Source: Phoronis australis (lineage: Eukaryota; Animalia; Phoronida). Taken from it: DNA of 64,000 bases. The notes under the pieces were generated by a model. The model was given only the letters and a program-made list of their open reading frames with translations. It did not search any database and was not told the DNA's origin. Within the stretch, counting starts at the first letter, position 1. Every line of letters starts with the position of its first letter. The translations under genes and the position numbers were made by a program. The stretch is taken from contig NMRA01000490.1 in the NCBI GenBank assembly GCA_002633005.1, forward strand, positions 262,475 through 326,474. The letters run 5' to 3'. Below, piece by piece: positions 1-14,739 of this stretch.

Positions 1-1502
1 GAGTTTTCCGTGACAATGATTGCTAATGAAATATTATTAAAATGTGTAAATAGCGCTTAAAGGTCAACGTTGTCAGTATCATCCGAGATTAAGCGGGTGC
101 CAGGCTACCTGAAGAAGTTTCACTCACTTTACTGTTTAATCTAACCTAATCCGATTAGTGTTGAGGAAGGCCCATCGCAGTTATTGTACGATGCTCTGTT
201 CCTCACACCCATGATTGCGACTCATAAAATGACAAGCTGCAGGGCTGGTCTCAGTCAACTGACCGACCTGTTAATTCTTTTGAAGACCTGGAATTACAAC
301 TAATGTGATAATTTGAGATAAATTTCACAGCGGTAATTGGTCACAATCAAAAGTTGTTTCTTAGTGATGGAACGCGCGGCTTTATGCCGATTTGCCACCA
401 GATGTCGCAAACCCGGCTCGCCAGGTTTACGTTAATCTTTTCTCCGTTTCGTTTGAAAAGATTTCTACCAGTATCACGCGCTTTCGAAGAATGATGACTT
501 AAATGGGTATCTAAACTTAAGCGTTTTATATTCAAGGAAATTGAAATCGATTGACGCAAAGTGCACATGAACAACGTCTATATCTTCCTGAAAATAATCC
601 CCTCATTATTAACCGACACGTATTTATCTGGAATTTGGATATCTGCCAATGATGTTAACGTCTACGTAATGAAAATACGACATTACGGAAATTCTTTTAA
701 AATCTAGAGGTCATTATAAAATTTTCACTTGCTGTGAGATAAATGAATTCCATGACAGACATTTTGCTAGAACTGGAACATACCGTTATTCTATGACAGC
801 AGAGTTTAATTAAATATCGTGACTTAATTACATTTGTCTTTCCGCTCTGGTTGTCTTTGTCGATAATGAATATCTACTCAACGTAATTTATTACTTCTCT
901 GGGCATGAAGCTAGTGTGTGGTTCAGCTCTTTAAGAACATGATTTTTGTAGTAGTCGACATCATTCCGGGTTTTTCTAAGCTGCGGCAGCGACTTTCACG
1001 CCCCCTAGCGACTGAGTCGCCGAGTGAGTTTGTCCTCAATGCCAAAGCTTTACCAACCACGGGTTGCTTTCGTGGTACAGTGGTTCAACCTGATTACCTC
1101 TTGCTAATTTCCGAGCTGTAAACTAATATGCCGTCTGATCTATCTTCTTATGCTCCGTTCCCACATCATACGACAGATAGGATGCCGGTGTGAACGCGGC
1201 TCGTTTCAAGCGACTGATGTTCCACGTCACGTGACTCCTCGTCACTGTTTTCCTACTAGCCTGCTGCAACATTCAAATGAACATTACTCAGTTGCTGTGA
1301 AATCGTTGTACTAAACACGCAACCAAAACTTGTTCGTGTACTCGAGCGCTCTCTCTCGGTAAATTTATTGTAATAAGCTGGCCATGCTTATTACCCGGAT
1401 AGAGCTCATACATGTTACATGGTGCCCGTACTGACCAGAGTGTTGTGTAATTAAATGTATGTAACCGATTTTGTGACCGGTAAACGCGTTTTTGGTATTA
1501 TT

Positions 1503-1870
1503 ATTGGATAGGATAGACTTCTAAAGAGCTTCGACCAGAGCTATAAAACGAAAAGAAAAAACACGTCATTCGAATTTTATTACAAATTATCAATTTTCAT
1601 CGTTGTCTACCAACCATTCGCTGAAATGAAGGCCAGTGACATACGCCTTTAAGATTTGCTGCCATTTATCAAGTGAGCTTTACACCAGCAGAGTGTTGAT
1701 GGACTGCAACTGCCAGTTTTATCGCCGATAATGAGTTTGGAGGGCTTTGTGAATGTTGATTGTTCTCGAGAACACGACTATTAATTAACTAATACTAAAC
1801 TGAACGCGTTTATTACCATGATACTGTCCATATCTGAAACAGGGAATGCAGCTTTGGCTAGAACGTAAGT
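1503..1870 (+). promoter_or_regulatory. Candidate core promoter and leader exon
   Basis: ATTGG (reverse CCAAT) at about 1503, TATAAAA at 1542-1548, Inr-like TCATTC at 1566-1571, and a consensus GTAAGT donor at 1865. Motif evidence only. Confidence 0.3.
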
Positions 1871-3540
1871 TTTAGTTAAAACGTTTTAAAACAGTTATAT
1901 GTGAAAGCAAAGCGTTTTAACTGGAACTTTTGACGCGTCACACTTTGCGCCAGTGCTGTAGTGAGGCGTAGGCGCACGTAGGCGCACATAGGCGCAGCCA
2001 ACCACCTTTTAGCATTTGAACGTAGCGCCTACGCACCTTAAGTTACGTTCAGTGCTGTTCACACAGACTTACTGTAGAACAAGTTACTCCTTGAACGAGT
2101 TGTCGTTAGGTTTGGAAGCTTTTTGGACTCTATGTAACCTAGTGCAATTTACCCACTTGTGACAACTTTCCTGGACCTTATGGAGGCGGAGAAAGATGTT
2201 CCTGGGTAACTTGCACCACTTCTAATTCCTGTGTGGCCTTAAACCTGGGGCAAGGTTGAAGTAAGCTGTGGTTACATACAGACGGGTTTCTTTTTCGCGT
2301 CATACTCGCCTAAGATTTCATTTTCACGCTCAGAGCGACAACTTCCGCCTTACCCTGGTTATCAGATTGTACTGTGTGTGTGTGGACGTTCCAAAAGTGG
2401 GGTAAGTTACACTAGTGCAAGTTGTTCTATGGTAGACTGTGTGGGGACGAGATATCACGCAAAGTAACGAGTGGTATCGTTGAAAAAAGCTCTCGTGGAA
2501 TCCTATCACAGTAAAGAATATTACGATACAGGTTTTATGAGGAACTAAATGGCCTAGTTCTATTTCGTCTTCAGCTAACTGGACATGACAAAATGAGTCT
2601 TTAAAACTAAGTAAGGTTCTGTGTTGAAAAGGCATGGGACGCGCAAACTCGTAAATATACGTTTTAAACAGAGTGTGGCGAATTACTTCTTGGGGATGCT
2701 AACGTGAGAGTTATTCACTTTAAATATTGCAAGAATTTCTAAAAAAATCGTCAGATTCACTATTTTTGAAACATATACGAAATATAAACTCTGTCGTCCC
2801 AATATATACGCTTTTCAAATACTCCGCCTCTAACACATGCGCGCATGCGCCCAAAGAAGTCAGACTGGGGACTGTTTTCTTTGCACCGAAGGTCAAAGGT
2901 CACATTTTCTACGTTTTACGCTACTTTAACAGCGACTGAACAGGACAGAATGCTAAAGCAAGGTTCTGTGTTAACAGCTTGATGATTGTAGCTGCCGGAA
3001 GTGGCATAACATTTCCCGGGGGAATCGGCAGACCGTTCGACCCCGTAAAACATTTTAGCGATATCAACCTCAACGTGAGACTAGAAAGCAGTTTTAAGCT
3101 AAAATGTATTAGGTGAAACAATTTAGCTAATGCGTTTTAAATTTAGTGCTCGTGTGAATCCAACTTAAGTCGCTGAAAAGTACTCTCGTTGCCATCAAAG
3201 TTTAACGAATTAGGGATTTACCAAGGATTTACTAATTAAGGATTTTTACAGGATTTACTAAGTCTGCGGTGGCCATGGAAACATTTACTTTATCTTGGTT
3301 TTCTTATGAGATGAACACGCATCGAGATCACAAGTGGAGACGACGTTAACCAGACGACCTAACCACACGACCTGAGACTCGCAGACGATACCATGAACCG
3401 TGAAACACGCGTTGACGTAAAATCGATGATCTGCTGACAATATTTTGTAGTTGTTAAACATCAGTCTTGGAGACTCCGGGAAGACTTTAAAATTAATGCA
3501 TTAACGTATTGTTACTGTTCTTTAATCACGTCTGACAGCA

Positions 3541-3558
3541 ATGGCGGAAGATAAACAG
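3541..3558 (+). CDS. Candidate alternative first coding exon (MAEDKQ)
   Basis: gcaATGG start, phase-0 donor CAG|GTAAAA followed by T-rich intron-like sequence. Short, so chance occurrence is possible. Confidence 0.4.
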
Positions 3559-6500
3559 GTAAAACTCGTTGTTTTTTGTCGGATTTTATTTTTTTTCATT
3601 CAACCATCCTTCTATTTTAACGATTTATACGAGTCTGGGGCAACTGTAGTAAATTTAGTTCCATGTGATGCTCTTGGTATTTTTAGGAGCATTTCTGTCA
3701 AGGGATTTGTTTTTCATGTTGGGAAGGGCACAAACTTAGCATTATTTTAGTTCATTCTATCGTTGTATCATTCGTTCTCCCGACTAAGTAGTTGTTTCCA
3801 ACAAGTAGCGCGATGACGACCTTTTGTTCTGGCGAATACACCCGTCTCATTGCTACTTTGGTTATGCGTTTGGCTCAGGAGCCCCAAGTTGGGTAACAAC
3901 TTTCGAATGACTCTATTGCAAATGTGTTTGTGTCTGTCGCGGGTTTTTTGTCAAACTCACTTTGAGTAAACTATTTTTCATTGTCAGAATTTTGGTTGTA
4001 TGTTCTAGCTAAGAGCAAGAGCGCCAGCGAAACAGTCACTTAGTGAACGCGACCTCTAGAGTTGATTACCTTAACACTCTCGGGCACTAACAGCATCCAT
4101 CTTGAGAAGATAATGACCACGAGGGGGAGAAGTTATCGGGCTGTTCCAAACCCTGGACAACTTTTACTCTCCTTCGTCTCTGTTCAAGTCATTCGGTCTT
4201 ACAAAAAAAACTTCCGTTTGGTTCAACTCCAGACATCAGTGAGCGGTTTCCAACGTGAGGCTAAATCCAGATACCAATCTAGTCCATTGTTTAGGACTTT
4301 TGTGCTGCATTAGGGCTCGCAGGCCAATTGTACACCGTGCATCAAAGATACTAAAACTTAACAAAAACCTAGGGAATCAGTTGACTATTTTTGTTGTATT
4401 TTTTCTGATATGAAATTATTCTGACCATTCACGAGGAATTCAATTTCAGAAGCCAAACAGTTTGAAAACTCACCACAGCAGTCCATGGTATATCAATTTA
4501 TTTTAGATACTGTTTTATTGCCGTGAATCATCGCTAATGCGTTAATTGCTTTGCTTAACACAATATTCCAACTACACTGACCCATCACTTCAGTGGTCGC
4601 CATAGGTTACGTTAGTAAGATCTCAAGCATACTCACGAAACACTCGCCTTTCACTCGCGTGATTTTGCCTGGTCTTGCGTGATCTAGCTTTTCTTGCGAG
4701 AAACGTGGTCTACAAAACGCTAGCCAGCTTGTCATAGCTAATCAGCCCAGTTCGTGATTTTTCATTTTTATACTGTTAGTAGGCATTCAATCTCTAACTT
4801 CGGACTCCGTCTGGCGATCGTAACTTCTTTGTAGAATTACGATCACGACTAGCGTTTTGCGGTAGATATTTTATGTCACGTGTTTGGAAACCTCAACTTC
4901 AAATTGAAAATGGTGACTTGAAAGTTCGTTACACGAGTTCACGTAGAGAGGACAAATAAAAATGGTATACGCTGGGAGGCAAAATTGACTCTTAATTCTT
5001 ACATGAAGGTGTACGTCCGTTTGTTATCGACGTGGGATGTCGAGGCAATGGATTTGGTCTTGTAAACTGAGACGAAATGTCTCGCTATTCATTAGCGTTC
5101 TTCAAAACTGAAATTCGACTTTATGCCCTTTCAAATGTAAATGTCAGAATGTTATTTGGATTATTCACAACGTAATACTTATCCGTTTTTTCACTCCTAT
5201 GTATTCTTTTAATGTTGAGATTTGCAATTATGTGCAGTCAGCTAGGGGGTGGTATTGAATAAAAATGGTTAACATGCATAGTACGATCATTTCAATAACA
5301 TATTCACGCTTAACTGAGCAGTGTGTATGATGCAGGAACCCTCATATTTACTAAGCATAATGTAAATGTTTTGTCTGTTAGACAATGAATCGTGGGCGCA
5401 TTTGGAGAATAATGCAGGAAAGATCGGGATTTGACCATATTAGGCGTTACGACCGTTTCACGGCCAAGTAAATGAAAACTTGCATAATAACGGTCATGCA
5501 GTAAAATTTCATCCCATATCAAATAAGTTTGAGAACGCTCTTGAGTTAGGAAATAGCCCGCATGTATACACGTTCATACAGTGTATAAGTAAACTGCGAG
5601 AGAGGATAGACATTGTTATACGTTGTCGAACATTTGTTCTCTCTGAGTACATTTAGTTGTTTCATTAAATGGATGCAGTCGATGAAAAAACTAGGCATGT
5701 CCTTTAGCTGTGAATCTACATTGTTTTCTTCGAACCTTTTCTGCAGAGATTTTTGTTGCCAATTCCCAATGAACCAATTCGTTTCAGTCTAGAGGTCAAC
5801 AAATATTTTGTTTGACGAGTCAATAGCACGTAGCATGCATCACAAGCTTGTTCACTTACGCGGAATAGATTATTCCGATAATCTTGCACTCGGCCGTGTC
5901 TTGGCTACGCATTCACCACCAAGAGGCTTTGGTTCGCGCGTCCGTGCCGTTTACAAACCTCCAGTTTTAGAGCGGATTACCTATCGCGAAATAAATGAGA
6001 TCAATTTTCTTTAATATCAGAACCCCTGATCGCCATCTGGTGTGCTTTTCGGATTGTTGAATTATTGAAAATTTTAATTATCCAGTGTTTAATTCCAGAC
6101 TTGTAAGCTAAATGTTTTATGTCGACGTTCTTTAGTATGTTCAACCGCTTATTCAGGGTGGTTCCCTTCTTGAACGCTAGATGGCGGGGCAGCTTTCTGT
6201 GCAGGCAGGAAAACTCTTGCGTCGCAAGCCAACCGTAGGGTGTGTTATCTTTCTGATATCCAGCCACAGTTATCTCTACTTGTAACCATATACAGTTTTC
6301 TCAAATGAAAAAACATGGCATTATTTTGCAGTACCAGGCGTCAAAAGCAATGCCAAGTGATTATTTCTGCTTTTGATAGCTCGGCTTCAATTCTTCACCT
6401 GCGTCGCTGGTAACCGCGGGTACCAAACTACCTGAGGATTTCAGAATAAGGGACATCCGGTCCCAGAAATCATGCAAATTATTAATATACGCACCCGTAT

Positions 6501-7893
6501 TTGACAAAAAAGCACATTATTTATGTGTTATCATGAAAATATTTTGGGCCCATAACTTCCAAATCCGTAGATATACGCCAGAGTACACTCATTTCTGTAC
6601 AAATTGAAGCGTGCTTTATTAACCCATGAGAGTTTCGCCTTTTTGAGTTGTGACTTTGTAATCCCACAATGCACTAAATGAGAAGAAATCCCACAATGCT
6701 CAGAGTGGGAAGACCACATGTACCGTTATCTACGTGTCGACTGATTATCGACTAAACAACGCTATATCAACTGGAAAATAATTATCTATTTTCATTCATT
6801 TGGCCAGATAAACGAAGGCAAACAGCAGGCACGCACGTGTTAACCGAAATAAAAGAATATCTAGGCAACGGATTAATCAAAAATTTTGTACAGTATCAAA
6901 TTAATTCTTCTGGATTGGACATTTTCTCATCGATTGCGGATAATTTAGAGGCTGTTTCTTGATCGGTTCGCAAAAGATGCCGGGCAAACTTTTGGTAAGG
7001 AAGATTAGTACGCTATTTCTTTAATACCTAATTTAGTGAAACAGTTGTTTTGTCTTTGCGTGTACTAATCGTAAGTTGAGCTGAGGAATCAGCAGGTCTC
7101 GTACGCAGAGTAAAGATGGCCGAACCGCCTGACGCTGTTTCTTGTCGTATTGTCACTGCTTTTGAACGTTTCAACATAAGTGGAGTTAAAGGAGTTGCTG
7201 TCTGTCGTACATTGTTGGAGTAAATACATATTGGATCACGCTTTAGAAAGATGTTGCTATTTTGCTATTAAATAATGTCGATAACCACCTTTTGTGGTAT
7301 TTTGTAAAAATGCATGTACAAATATAAGTTAAATATGACTCACTGGAAAGGGTCGTCTGCTACTCTGAAATCGCAATCAGGCGTCTTTCCTTAAAGCTTT
7401 ATTTCCTTCCTAGTTTCTGTCTGAATATAAAAAGAAGGCAACTTACCCTATCAAAACGAAGTTTGAATTAGCTTGTCGTGATAACCACAGCAGGAATTGA
7501 AAGAGAGCATCTACAAAGGGATTGAAGGACCCAACTTTTAGGGACTGTCCAGCCCTTGTTACTCGCATTTGGTGACGTATTATCTGCTTGAGGATGAAAA
7601 TCATTCTCTGTCATCATATGTGAACGCTAGGGACATGTTTTTATGACTATGTAAATGTTAGGTAGTGGATTGGAAAAAAAGTCATTTGACAACGATAGGT
7701 TTTGTTCCAAAGAAGAACTGATTGGATATTGCACCGATGAGTCTGAAACGTACGTATTGTAGAGGGTGCATGATATGAAGTCGTCATATCTACGACCTGG
7801 TGTGCCACTTAATCAGAGAAATGTATTCCAATATGCCATTGGGCACTACATTAACAGCAGTACTTCACTGAGCGCATATTTGTCTTCATATTA

Positions 7894-8239
7894 GAGACTT
7901 TCAAAGGAAACGTACGGATAGGCTCTGACGTCAACAGATTTTTGAGCTATGCACACTTCTCCAGAAATCTTCATGGCTACTAGTCAGATCTCTGGTGAGG
8001 CTTTCTCCTAACTTCGGAGTATCACGAAACCTGCGCTAACTTTTACAGCCATCTATTCTTTGAACATAGCAATACAAATTAACAGTAATATCAGTATAGG
8101 TACATAAACCACATTCGTACACCATTTACCCGGTGTAGGTGCCCTCAGGTATTGAGTGAGTGTAAAGTTTACTGTGCTCTGATTACGTTAGAGCCTATCC
8201 GTACTTTTTCTGCATTAAAACGGATAAGCTGAAAGTCTA
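7894..8239. mobile_element. MITE-like non-autonomous DNA transposon
   Basis: Inverted ends agactttca ... tgaaagtct with subterminal inverted gtacggataggctctgacgt / acgttagagcctatccgtac; flanked by TTA and TAA. Confidence 0.65.
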
Positions 8240-10637
8240 TAATAACTGCTTGTAAACAGTCAGCAGGTGTTTTTTACATCATTTTATGCATGACACGTTC
8301 CGGAGTTTTTGGACCACGGATTACATTTGCCAGTTTTGCTTGTTTTGTGAAAAAAAATGCAAAGCACGTAATCGGAATTGATGTCTTCCATAAAAAGCAA
8401 AAACTTGTTGACTTCCTGGTGAAGTATGTAGATGCGGTGATCGATAGACGTTAATGCAAGTCTTTGCAAGAAAGCGGAAGCTCTTCTCCTCTGCTCGCTG
8501 ACCTCTACATGCAAATGACTGCGTGCTCTTTAAATTAAGCTGCGTGTATAACTTATTATTTCTGATATAGTTGCGATGTCGTTGACTAGCTAATGTTTGC
8601 GTCGAAGATTAAGACGCGGACCTCTTGACATTTGCCTACTGGTTTCGTTAATGAAATGATGGATGATAGTCTTGAAGATATGCGCAACTTATTCTCTGCT
8701 AATAACTGTTCACGGTTTACACGGTTCTAATTACACGATGAAACATTACAAATATAAACATAGCTACCCGTGCACTTCGTCGCCATCTTTTCGATGTCAT
8801 TGTTACTCTTGTGGCTAATTTGAACTGTCATTGTTGTTAACAGTTGACAGAGTTCCGCTGCCGGCTCTTCTTCCGTAATCCTCGAGAGACGCAAGCAAAA
8901 AAAACGAGTTGATCAATCACGATTGGCAAAAATTTGTTTAAGTATATTTTGTCATCTCCCTATACGTCTGTCGCTGCGTTTTTTGGCTTAATTTCTAATC
9001 ATCGGTCTTTCGTATCAAATAGTCCTGAACCAAGCTATGGCATTACAAGAAATATTTTCAAACGAGAAGACAATGCTGGGTCTTTCCCCGATGCAACAAA
9101 GCAGCCGCCATGTTTTACATGTATGCTGAAGCGTGGGTAATTATGCCTTGGCAAAACATAAACAGTTTGCGTTGAAATTTTGGAGCGAGTTCCTTCCAGG
9201 CTTAGGTTTTCTCGATAAGATTTCCCGCTAAATTATCTTGTGTCATTGTCTGATGCATTTCATTGGTTCTTGTTCCTTTTCCTTGCCGATTTCATTGGAT
9301 GTCAAACCGGAAGCGTTGCAATCGTCTGCATCTGACACCCATTGAGTTGTCTCTATTAAATTCTTCAATTTTCGCCGTCATTATACAGTTATGTCCATCT
9401 GTAAATAATTCTGAATTCTTTCGCGTCTGCCCAATAATCTGAGGCAACGGCTGCATATAATCAGTTGAGTTTTTAGAAGCATCTTTGCTCCACGGTTCAC
9501 TCTGAGAAGGAAACTATTTAACTTGTTCGGAAAAAGCTTCCTGGACGTATTGTGTGGATATTCATGATACTGTATAAGTGTTAACAGTTTGCAACCCGTA
9601 ATAAATCGTTTTGGCTTGAAACGAACAATTGCGCGCTCGTGAATTGCCACTATGTTGACGTTTACAATTTTATAGCCGTTATTTATCAAAGAATTATCAC
9701 CAACTTTTCAAAACGCGCGGAAAATTTGCCACGTGGTCTCCTATGTCACAAGAAGACAACGTATCAGTTGGTACTGGCTGACTATAGCACTGCGTACTTC
9801 AACAGCGGATCAGCAGTAGTATATTCGTCTGAACGCCGTCGATTACGTCTGTGTCCTTCATCTTCCAATGACGGTTATTTCGTTCATGTACACTGCACCC
9901 ATTCGTCCAACTAGTTCTAACCCTCTGTTCAATTCATTCGACTTGTCCACGTGTGACGCACAGTCTCTAGGCCCGTGTCAAACATGGGAAAATGGGGGAG
10001 ATAAGTCTCATTTATTTCCAGCGTATCGGCGCATAAGTAAAATAAATTTCAAAAATTTAAAAGCCTAATTGATGTGTGTTATTTATGATACAGTTTCACT
10101 CACCTGACTCTTCTTAATTGTTTAAATGATCAGGACTTACAAAAAGTGAATAATTTGGAAGTGTGACTTTAAATTATCAGATGTAGTGGTTAACAACAAA
10201 GCGTTACCGATCTCGTTAATATATCTTTCTGTCTATAATCGCCTAGGCTAGATTAATTATCTCGTTCCCAACGAGTACTAATTAAGAACGCCGCGCATCT
10301 TAAGTAGCTTATATTCTCGCGCCACCCTGTACTGATCCCGCGAGTGCGTTTGTCACTGCTGTTCATCGGTTTAACCGAACTCGTAATTTCGAGAGCCAAG
10401 TCTTCTTTTTCTGCCTGTGTGAGGCGGCGTGTTGCAATAAACAGAGATAAACTGTTTGCGTTGCACCTCCTAGTTCACGTAAGGAGTTGGCGTACGTGTT
10501 GACGCGCTAACTATTTATTTAAACGATGGGAGTTTCGTTAGCGATTCCTCCAGAAGCGCACCAGATAGCGAGAGGCATGGACTGAAGGTTTGGTTGTTGG
10601 TGTCCGGAGTTGCTCCTGTTCCTGACTTTGAGTCGTA

Positions 10638-10670
10638 ATGGGTCAAAGAATATTACAGCCTAAATACACT
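10638..10670 (+). CDS. Candidate alternative first coding exon (MGQRILQPKYT)
   Basis: gtaATGG start after a GC/CpG-rich leader (about 10290-10640), phase-0 donor ACT|GTAAGT at 10671. Confidence 0.4.
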
Positions 10671-11599
10671 GTAAGTAAATAATCCAAAAAGTTTTGATAT
10701 TTTGCAGCGTGAGTCTTGTTGTCTTAATAGAAAATGAACACGCGTGCATGCATGCGCGCTCGTTTAGTATTCTTATTTCTGCATCACCAAGCAAACATTA
10801 GATTGGTCACGTTTCGTTACAAGAAAGCTACTGACTTCCGTTGTTTGGGAATCTTCACAGGGCGCTATTCACGTTCTGGTACTGTCGATTTTACTCAACT
10901 TGCCGATGTTCGACATATAATTGAACCCGCATAACTGATTATAATTTTAACTGAGATGCACTGGGTTATTCTAAATGCTCACATTTAATAAAAAGGACAA
11001 CGGATTCACGTGTAGGTGACCAGCTTAGCTTGATTGATTGCAAGGGCGTTCTCTCTACCAGGAGAACCTTGGCTCTTCAGAAAGATTTCCCTGCGTGTAG
11101 TCTTCAAGTGACTTATAAGTTTTGTTTTGGATTTCAAAATGGCATTACCTCTCCTCTTACAAGATAAACTCGTAGTGAATACAAGTCGCAAAATTGTTTG
11201 CCGGCGCCATTTTCGGTTTATTTCATGTGGCTGTTTTTTGTTTAGCTTTGTATCTATACGGAATTCGATAAATAAATCAGTCTAGACCGCCTATATGTTT
11301 ATGAAAGAATAGCTTTAAAACTTTCCTAGGTGTGATAGAACTTCAATTTGACCATCAAAATATATTGATGTATCACGTGTAATTAACATGAAGGATGGTT
11401 TGGAAAGGTTAGTAAAGCTGCACCAAAAGCGTCTATCCAGTCTCCGATTTCCCGGTCGTGTGGTTCGTTTTAAGAATCGGGACTTACTTTCCGTCTAAGA
11501 ACGGACAGGTTTTAAACTTACTTTGTATGATAGAACAACCTAGTTTATGATTGCCGTTCTTGGTGACGAGTGAACAAGAAATGTCTCTGTTAAGCAGTC

Positions 11600-11743
11600 G
11601 TTAACCCGCCTCCACCTGTTAACCCGTCTCCACCCGTTAGCCCGCCTCCACCCGTTAACCCGCCTACACCCGTTAACCCGCCTAGACCCGTTAACCCGCC
11701 TACACCCGTTAACTCGCTTACACCCGTTAACCCGCCTACACCC
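11600..11743. repeat. 18-bp minisatellite (gttaacccgcctacaccc), about 8 copies
   Basis: Direct tandem units are visible; they explain the repetitive ORF 11540..11746. Confidence 0.95.
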
Positions 11744-11936
11744 CAAAAGCCACTTTTGATTTAGACCACTTACCGCTATGAAATTTGTCTTAAATTATGT
11801 CTAATGTCAACTTGGAAAATGATATCAGGCTTTGAAAAATGTGCTTGTTATTGTTTGAGATCAGGTTCTACATGGTGACCTGTCACAGCAGTGCCAACTG
11901 GAGCGCTGAGGATTGTAATAACGAACTGTCAGACAC

Positions 11937-12197
11937 GGGGGTCTGTATCTCGAAGTTTGTTGTCCTTAGCTAAAAGTAAGATATCTGACTGGGAAAAGTC
12001 AAGAATTGATTTTTTGTCTTTTGACTTAAGCCTTTAGTCTGCTTCCGAACAGTCGGATTTCTGTCGTTTGGCTTCCAGTTCTAAACACATTTTCTTACTT
12101 TCAGCCTTTAGCTTCTTATAAGGCTAAGCCACCGGTAGACTGGTTTTTAACCAAAAGTCAAAAGAAAAACGCAATAGACCCTTCGAGAAACAACCCC
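11937..12197. mobile_element. MITE-like element, possibly PIF/Harbinger type
   Basis: Imperfect TIRs ggggtctgtatctcgaag ... cttcgagaaacaacccc, about 260 bp apart, non-coding interior. Confidence 0.55.
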
Positions 12198-14588
12198 AGA
12201 ACCATTCGACTGACAGCCATATTGCATTGAGCGCACAAATGGATTGTGTTTGAGGTTCTTCTGTTCTTCCTAGTCCTAGACATTATCTCTAAACTTGAGG
12301 TCTGGCACATGCTGATCTCAAACTTAAAGCCGTAAATGGCCCAATTTAACTTAGGATACTTTACTGCTAAAGTATTACGAATTGACTCTCGTAACGATGT
12401 CCAATGTTAGCCGATAGGAAGTGCATTTCCGTATCCAACCAATTAGGTGCTATAGTTTATTCTACTGTTTCCGGTCAAGTTGATTAAGTGTTTTCATGCC
12501 AACTGTCCTATGTGTGCAGGTGCGATGTTATGGTCGCTATAGTAACATTTTGAATCTCGGAACTCAAAGTGAGACGTTAATCGATCTTTTCACTAGTTGC
12601 GTAAACCTTTTCTTTTAAAAATATTCAGCTACCGAAGAGTGTATCGAAGGGCAGATGAGCTCTGCAACGTAGTCACAATGGAATTTGAATTTATCAAACT
12701 GAGCGGACTGCTTCAGTATAATTTCTGAAAAGAAAATTTTGCCTAATTGCTCTTCTATGCAGAACTGCTCTGTCAGTGTTTCGTTAATAAACAGACATCG
12801 TGTAGTGCTACGAGTTTTTCAATATTCACCAAGTTAATATCACGTGTCAATGTCACGTGTCAATGAAGATGTTTAGGACTGCCTTCATGATATCAAGGTA
12901 ATTGTTTTGTAATTTGATACTATACCCATCCATCCTTATCTTGTTTAATTTGAAATATTGGCCGTGCATGGACATCTATTTTCACCCTCTTAACAAAATT
13001 TTCCAGTTTCTCTCCGCTTAGGTAACTATGACAATTTTTTAACCACGTTGACGTTGATTGAGATCGACTTGCACCGTAATAGTACCACACTGGTATGTAT
13101 TTATTACTCGTGAGGAAAGGACGGCTGTACTATGCAGTTAACTCAATTGGTAAATTTACCATTCAGCCTGACGAGAAGTACCTCGGTGAATTCACGGAAT
13201 CAAATACTGGGCAGGTTTTATACTCGATTAAGCCTTGGTGATGAGATTAGTAATGACAGCTCTCACAGAAATATGTAATGTCTAACAGTGAGCGCCGCTG
13301 AGCAACATTGAGCATGGACCATTTCAAAGTAGCATAAAATAAGAATGGATCGGTTTGCTGAGCCACAGACAGCATCTACATGTACAAGGTTTATTCTGAC
13401 CGCAGTATTCATGAAAGACAAGTGTTAACTTGTCTTGTTTCACAACTCGATTTTTGTGACTCGCGAAATTAAGGCGGCCATTAATCCAGCTTCCACCACA
13501 AAAATATTTAGACTTGTTACCGTAATAAAAATGGCTTCAAATTACGTCACTGATTTGTGGGCTTTGGAAGCCAAGACTGCCGGTTCATCATTGGTTGAAA
13601 TGCGAAGTTCACGTGCATCAACGTGTCATTTCATTCTACAAAATCTAACGAAGTGTTAGGTTTTTGCAAGACCAAAAAGCCATTCTTATCTAAATCAGAA
13701 ACAACTTCTCTCAGTTAAAACTTAGCTTCCTCAACGCAAAAAAAGGTTTATAGCCGTTTTAAATCAAACCAGTTGACACTCAAAATTGAGTGAAACGGAA
13801 TTTTCCAAAATCGAAACAGTGCTCAAGATACCTTTAGCTATAATTGCCTTTTGCTTCTGACACTTTCAAAATTCTTCATGTTACGTGCAAAAGGAAAACG
13901 GAAGCGAAGTTAAAGTACGTGTACAACCGCACAATTTAGGTATTAAACGTTGGTACCACACTTTTCAACATATGTCGACGGAAATTATCTTCAGGGAGAT
14001 GAAAACGAACGTTTTGGAAGTAAGATGAGATGTGTCACAATGAGCTGTAATTACGAATGATTCCTTAGAAATTCTCTTGTTGTAAGAGAAGACAACAGAC
14101 TATTACTATTCATTAAAGGGAAATCGTCGGCGAAAAAAATGATTTTCTGTGATCAGGCCTCAGCGCGGAACCGGAACTTGCAACCCTCGCTGTCGCATTA
14201 CATTTCAAAACTCCGCTTACAGAGTGAGTCCGACTCGAGAAATGACAGCGTATTTTAAGAGAATTTAACTAGTAATGTCTCTGGCCATTATGTCATTGAA
14301 TGATTGAAAGACTAGTTTGAGAACTGGCGATTTGTAATGAAATCACAAAAACGAAACATATTTTGTTGTTGTACGGCTCTGATCAATGCTAATGACTTCA
14401 AGAAGTCTTTATCATCCAACAATTATCTAAAAAAATGCGTTTTACGGTAGTAAAATGGATTGTGTCCCTTAAGTATGCCAGTGTTGGATTTTGACCATTT
14501 ATTGTGTCCTTTTGATTAAACATTGTCTATCGGCTTTTAAAATACTTCACCTCTGACCTCCGTTTGAACCTTCTCCCGTCTAGCTCAG

Positions 14589-14739
14589 CCTCCCGTTCAG
14601 TAACGCTAGGACCTCGCTAAAAAGCAAGACTTCACGAGATTACGTGAGATATTACCGTGTATTTTAAATAAGAACGCGTGACTTTGACTAGGTTTTAGCT
14701 AGGTCCTAGCGTAGGTCCTAGCGTCTACTGAACGCACGC
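14589..14739. mobile_element. About 150-bp MITE present only in copy 1 of the duplicate
   Basis: Copy 2 has the empty site tagctcaggtcaat; copy 1 reads tagctcag[insert]caggtcaat. Inverted arms cgttcagtaacgctaggacct / aggtcctagcgtctactgaacg. Confidence 0.85.

Noticed and set aside
14113-14472. TTAA-flanked Kolobok-like element (similar heads at about 19069 and 29793)
   Set aside because: TIR match too short and asymmetric to call without a repeat library.
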